Positions 59,201 through 64,000 of a DNA stretch of 64,000 nt are shown here, in pieces. Within the stretch, counting starts at the first letter, position 1. Each line of letters starts with the position of its first letter. The stretch is from contig NIVC01001860.1 of the NCBI GenBank assembly GCA_002269645.1, positions 164,990 through 228,989 of the forward strand. Reading direction: 5' to 3'. A model generated the notes under the pieces. That model was given only the letters and a program-made list of their open reading frames with translations. It ran no database searches and was not told the origin of the DNA. The stretch is from Macrostomum lignano (lineage: Eukaryota). The position numbers and the translations under genes were made by a program.

Positions 59201-61261
59201 GGAAAGGAATGAAGAGCCATGGCAAATGTCTATTTAGAGAGAAATGCAATGTGAAAAAGAGGAAGTAGTGTTCCATTGTAGCTATGGCTATAGCTATAGG
59301 ATCCTATGGCAAATATGGTAAAATAGGTGCCTATGGCAATTACAGATATGCCTATGATAGGTAGCTGCTCTTATGGTATGACTATGGAAATATGATAATT
59401 GCTATCATATTCTATAGATTCTCATAGCTGTATTATTAATAAAATTTTACTATTTTTTTAATCTATAATACGGTTCTTAACTTCTCATTAATATTAATAT
59501 TAAGCCCTAATGGCCTAAGAAATTTAAAGCAAATTTAAAGATAAATTTAATAGTGAGTTTTTTTATTAAATATTAGAAAGTTAAATACTTCTATAATATA
59601 ATATTAGGCCTATGGCTATGTTGCCTATCCAATTAGAGAATAATGATAATTAACAGGATCAAAGCAATAATGTATGATTTCTTAGAAACAGAATTTGTAG
59701 GCTATGCATTAGAAGAGAATAAATATTTTGTTTTAATGCACCATGTATTTTTGTTTTACTGCACAAAATAAATTGGGAAAATAATTTTTGGGCAATTTTC
59801 CTCTTTCGTTCGTTAAATTATTTTTTCGATTTGAATCGGTGCGTAGACGCAAAAAAGTGACGTGGCAGCATTTGAAATTGTGCCTATTGAAAAAATGATG
59901 TGGCAGTAGTGGAAAGGACATGGGGTTGCTGCTGACACATGTCTATGGCACTACTCACCTACTCGGTTCGTGGCGGAGTATAGGCAGCAGCTTGCACTCG
60001 CTCCTTGCTCCCCTTCCCACTCTCGCATGAGCTTTGACTTATCGCATTGAGTCTCACTTGTTAAATTTTATTAAATTTTACTCGAACTGCAACATGGCTG
60101 GGCGCCCAGCGGCACCTACATTCATCGTCCCTCCTGGACAACTGCGTCCCTCGCTGGAGCTGTGCGACATAAACTTTACGATGCGCGAGCTGGCCAACAT
60201 CACCCAGACGCCTAGAGACTGCATCAACTCCATCCAACTTTCCGAGAAAAATTTAAGTCCCAGCATCCCATTACTGTCGTTTTCTGACATTACTCAGTAG
60301 TCACAACTTGTTTCTGTCGAAAAAATAATTTAAAGAACGAAAGAGGAAAATCGCCAATTTTTGTTATAATTTATTAAGAAATTTGATGTATAAATAGGCT
60401 AGGAGCAATTTTGCAGCCAAGTAAACTCAATTGTCTGGTATCTAATCCATGAGCAACTATTGCAAGCAATAAAAGCAATTCAATCTATAAACTTTTAAAG
60501 TCTTTCAAGTACAATACAAAGATTTATTCATTTAAAAAAGGCTAGAACAGTGCTAAGAAATTTGCTAAGAGAAGGAATTGGGAAATAATTTGTAGAAACA
60601 TACTAAGATTAAGAAAGGCACCATGGGCATGACTCTCTAGTCCTGGTAACGCCCAATTGGACTAACTCATGTACCATTACCAGTATTAGACTGCTCAGGC
60701 CATACATAAGACACTACTAGAACTATACATAAGATGCTACCAGATATATCAAATGAAATTCTAGGAAACAGTTAAAAGCATTAAGACAGAAGTTAGTTAA
60801 GCTTAGCACAACTTGGTGGAATTCAGAGGTCCAGAGGACAGAAGTAAGCCCTATGACACACTATTTGGACACAAAATTTGCAACAAAAAACAATTTTTGA
60901 ATTTGAGGTGAGCCTTTAAGTTCTAGGCTTCTATCTTAAACTTTGTGACACCATTAGGCCTACACATTATGAAAATTTAATTTAATTTTAATTTAGGTTA
61001 ATTTAAGCTAGGTTTATTCCCATCAGCATCAAGTGATCAAACATCAAAGTAGGCCTAGGCCCTACTATTGTTGGCACTGGTGTGGTGACTAAAAAAATGG
61101 GCTTACTATACTTCGTCTTCAGGCACTAGGCTCTAACTAGGTAAAATGAAATCATAGGTCCCTATACCTAGGCCTAAATAATGTCAAATAGGCCTATTCT
61201 AGACTCAAATAATGCAGTTTACTTAAGGCCTATGGCCTGCCTACTGCCTGCTAGTTAGTAC

Positions 61262-61332
61262 GGCTACAGGTCAAAAGGGCGACAGATCAAAAGGGCGACA
61301 GTCAAAAGGGCAACAGTCAAAAGGGCGACAGT
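61262..61332. repeat. Subterminal-type repeats (g/t)caaaagggcgaca x4, probable end of the MULE element
   Basis: Four tandem copies after ggctacagg, about 200 bp from the transposase stop. Confidence 0.5.
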
Positions 61333-61533
61333 CGTAGTAAACTAGTAGTAAAAAGTAGTTAAAATTTATTAGACTTGTATTTGTTAAAAGCATTTGTTAG
61401 AATGTACAAGCAGTTAAATTGACGAACTTTGACGATTATACTTGTATTTGTTAAAATGCTTTGTTAGAATGTACATGAGCAATTAAAATGAATTAGACTT
61501 GTATTTGTTATAATGTATTTGTTAAAATGTGGT

Positions 61534-62830
61534 TCAGTGAGGTCCATTTATTGCACTAACTGCCTTCAGTAGATCATCCACTGAGCGGTTGCCGCGCCTG
61601 AATAATTTCCAGTACTTAAAGTACTGGGCCTGCATACCTCGGTATCTGTTGTGCTGTACGCGGCGCATTACTCCTTGGGAGAGGAGCTGCACCTCCACGG
61701 GGATCATTCGTGCTTCATTGAATAGGAGCTTGATGAGCAGGTAAAATTGGATGTATCTTCGCAGGCTCTGTAGTTTAGCGCGCGATGCCTGCTCTCTAAG
61801 TCGTTGTTGGTCCAGCTAATCACCTGTGAAATATAGAAAAATGTATTGACACAAATGCGTAAAATAATGCATTTATGCGTATCAGTAGTGACATGTATTT
61901 GTTAAGCAAACTTATCAAACTTGTTAATCACTTTAGTTCATACAACAAAGTCATACTTTCGAAGTCAGTCCCAGTACATCATTTTTCCTCCTTACATGTA
62001 GTACTTAAGGTGAATTCTGCACTTAGTATCACTCTTAAAGTGATACTCTAAGACAGTACACTCTCTTGTATCTACTTTAAATCACCATGAAAATACTTGT
62101 CAAGTAATTAAACTTTTTTGCAACAATGAAAACTGCCAAAGTATGAAGTACTGGTACTTTCCTTACATTTTCAATATGCCTACATGCCTACATGCCTACA
62201 TGAACTTTCCAAGTTATCTCCAAGTTTGCAATGATATTTTTTCCGGATACACATAAAATATTTTGTCATAACTTCACCTGTCTGTATACGGAGATGTCAT
62301 GGATGTTCCAGCAGATGGAGCTGGTGATCCACGTCACTTGGACGTAGTCGCACAGGGCAGTCAGGAGAGGTGTTAGAGCAGTCTCAGCCTCTCAACGTGG
62401 AGACGGTAAAATGTCATCGCAATATGCTCAGGTGGCAGGAAGGGGAGCGCCATCAGCTTTTCGGCAGAATCGCTGAGTTCCATCATCGTTACAGTACGCC
62501 GGCTGCAAGCCTAGCTGCTGAATGGCAAGCCTAGCTGCTAGCCACGAATTGATGCTTGTGGTAAGACAGTTCAGATGGCTCTCAGAACTGCGGCCTCAAA
62601 GTCAACGATAAAGCCCTCTGGTTTCGCGTGCGGGACGATGGCCTTGAGTGCCTTTGCATGTATACATGTAGGAAGGAATGACAACGGTTAGTTTTTACTT
62701 CTTTTCATTCTTTTCAATCGTACATGCCACTGTTGCATGTTCGGTGTTGCCAACCATGGCAGCCATCACACTGCAAGCCTTGTTGACGTTGGCGGACCTC
62801 ATTTTCGTATATGATGCACGAGTTATCCAT
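61534..62830 (-). mobile_element. Decayed, intron-containing MULE/Mutator transposase with N-terminal PHD-like finger
   Basis: MDNSCIIYENEVRQRQQGLQCDGCHGWQHRTC (from 62830). FIVDFEAAVLRAI, QQLGL, RKLMALPFLP, LCDYVQVTWI (62660-62280). TNNDLESRH and FYLLIKLLFNEA...LLKAVS (61820-61534). Stops and deletions are present. Confidence 0.8.
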
Positions 62831-64000
62831 TTTAAGGAAATCAATATGCAGCCCGCTTCCATCAGCTTTCTAACTAAACATGTATATACGCAACTAACTA
62901 AACCAAATATAGCTAATTGTACACACTCACAACTCAACAGCCCTTTCCCCATTCCCCCTATTCATCAAATTAATGTACATCGTTAAATCAACAATGAATA
63001 GAATTGCACAGTCCTTATATTGTTGCACCAGAACTTGGACTGCTACTAAATCATGAGCTGAACATAGGACAGTAAAGAGCAGATTTTTTAATTCAGGCGT
63101 GGCAACGTGGCAACTTGTATGGTCTAGTGAGAGCAGTGAATGAAATAATAAATAAATATAATCGATTCTCGAAACTAAATGGCCGGGGTCTAGCCGGTTC
63201 GTACCAATTGTTTAATTTTTAATATCCATTTTCAAAATGGGTTCCAGTTCCAGAACGCTGCGTGTCTGTCTAAATAAAATTTTCGATCCATTCACGTTTC
63301 CTGTAAAGGCTGGCAACATTTAAATAAATTCAAGTTGCTTTTCATTTCCCATCTGATTCTGGTTGTAGAATTGGATAACGGAGTTATTTTGTTCTGGAAC
63401 CAATTATTCTTGTGAGAATACTAATATCAACTCAACTTTAAAATGAGTCTGAACCAACTACTTATCGATTTGAGCAACCTCAGATAGACCAGCGGAGCTA
63501 ACGGAATGAGAACCGGTCTTGAAAACAAATTTATTACTACACGTGCCAACCAGTCAGTCTGCTGCTAGCTGACGGGGAGTTTTCCCGAGGCTTTCGTGTG
63601 ACAGCATCATAGTCATAGTGATTATATGGTAACTGGACGACCCACTGGGCTGACTTCCCCTTTCTAGCGTTTGCTACACTGCTTTCCTTGTAGCACGTGC
63701 GATGTGCACGCGGTAAACCAACAATGTAATCAAGCAAATTAAGTACTTTTAAATGTAAAATACGTCGACGTTTCTGCTTTTATGTAATGACGTCGTTATC
63801 CGTTGGCGTAATGTCAAACTATACCTACATGTACATATAAATATGCCAGCGGCGTCCTTCAACGTTAGGTACACATGGATCTGTACTCGGTTCCGTCGTC
63901 GGCGGCGTCAGAATACTTCACGGATAATGCATAATTACCGAGAAAGTTTCAGAGAAAGGGTTCTATAGAGTTCAAGTCCTGTTCGCTCGCCAGCCATACG

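Noticed and set aside
60093-60300. Short ORF MAGRPAAP...FTMRELANITQTPRDCINSIQL resembling the start of a Merlin/ISXO2 transposase
   Set aside because: No downstream zinc finger or catalytic motifs were recognisable.

Overview
Eukaryotic, intron-rich genomic DNA: GC-rich exons, AT-rich spacers and introns filled with minisatellites. It most resembles the flatworm Macrostomum lignano (inferred from composition and gene style, not proven). Host genes I could reconstruct: the 3' part of SPEF2 (7 exons, +), a somatostatin/allatostatin-C-like GPCR (-), UBE2Z (3 exons, -), Mieap/SPATA18 (about 11 exons, +), an SLC35F1/2 transporter (-), an ANKRD54-like gene (-), two orphan genes and a probable gene nested in a SPEF2 intron. 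Mobile DNA: a 9 kb Ty3/Gypsy element (818-bp LTRs, CAAG target-site duplication) with gag, protease, integrase and an extra ORF3 but no RT/RNase H; two 5'-truncated LINEs with TSDs; an RTE remnant; three tRNA-headed SINEs; a decayed MULE transposase; MITE/foldback elements. Most striking signal: the 3' LTR continues into a ~52-bp-period array of three (tRNA-Leu-like PBS + alternative LTR-end) cassettes before the TSD, suggesting a multi-primer leader system. Second: a 271-bp inverted-repeat-bounded insert carrying the 28S rDNA R2/I-PpoI target region, mutated at the cut site. All family assignments rest on my recall of motifs; no database search was run.
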